This document shows, one piece after another, positions 63,801 to 64,000 of a stretch of DNA of 64,000 bases. The DNA is taken from contig NC_057711.1 in the NCBI RefSeq assembly GCF_004010195.1, positions 81,419,366 through 81,483,365 of the forward strand, in the 5' to 3' direction. Made by a program: the position numbers and the translations under genes. Positions within the stretch are counted from its first letter, which is position 1, and each line of letters opens with the position of its first letter. Source of the DNA: Chiloscyllium plagiosum. Lineage: Eukaryota. The notes beneath the pieces are model-generated. The model did no database searches. It was not told where the DNA came from and was given only the letters and a program-made list of their open reading frames with translations.

Positions 63801-64000
63801 TTTCAACCAGCTGTAAAGCCTACAGTCCTGAAATTCACTGTTCAGCTTTCCTCTCTTCACGAACCACCCAGAGAGACTGATTCGTGTATTGCTTAACTTT
63901 TTTCAGGCTCATTTCTTATTTTTAAAATCTGTGTGTGTTTTACTATTATTTCTTCTTGCATTTAGTAACTAATAATGCACTCTTCCATTAAACTGAAAGT

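Overview
Eukaryotic, repeat-dominated, AT-rich DNA, almost certainly from a cartilaginous fish (HE1-type V-SINEs and HER1/CR1 LINEs; a bamboo-shark-like host is an inference). I recognised no intact host protein-coding gene. Main contents: (1) a degenerate endogenous retrovirus on the minus strand (28246-35236) with two LTRs, a tRNA-Ser PBS, PPT, MGNQAS gag, an amber gag-pro junction, protease, integrase and a gamma-type env, but no RT/RNase H; it is inserted into a TA-target MITE; (2) at least three Penelope-like element (PLE) families, each with its own minimal hammerhead ribozyme motif, many as fold-back insertions with long target duplications; (3) an old Gypsy element stretched over about 15.6 kb (1761-17410) by nested insertions, a related partial Gypsy at about 55.5-57.3 kb, and solo LTRs; (4) many CR1, L2-like and Rex1/Babar LINE fragments, tRNA-derived SINEs, a Harbinger-like Myb remnant and a 37-bp minisatellite; (5) several repeat-free blocks that are candidate conserved non-coding elements. 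There are two N gaps (39011-39068, 45838-46127). Boundaries were read by eye and are approximate unless a TSD or terminus is quoted.
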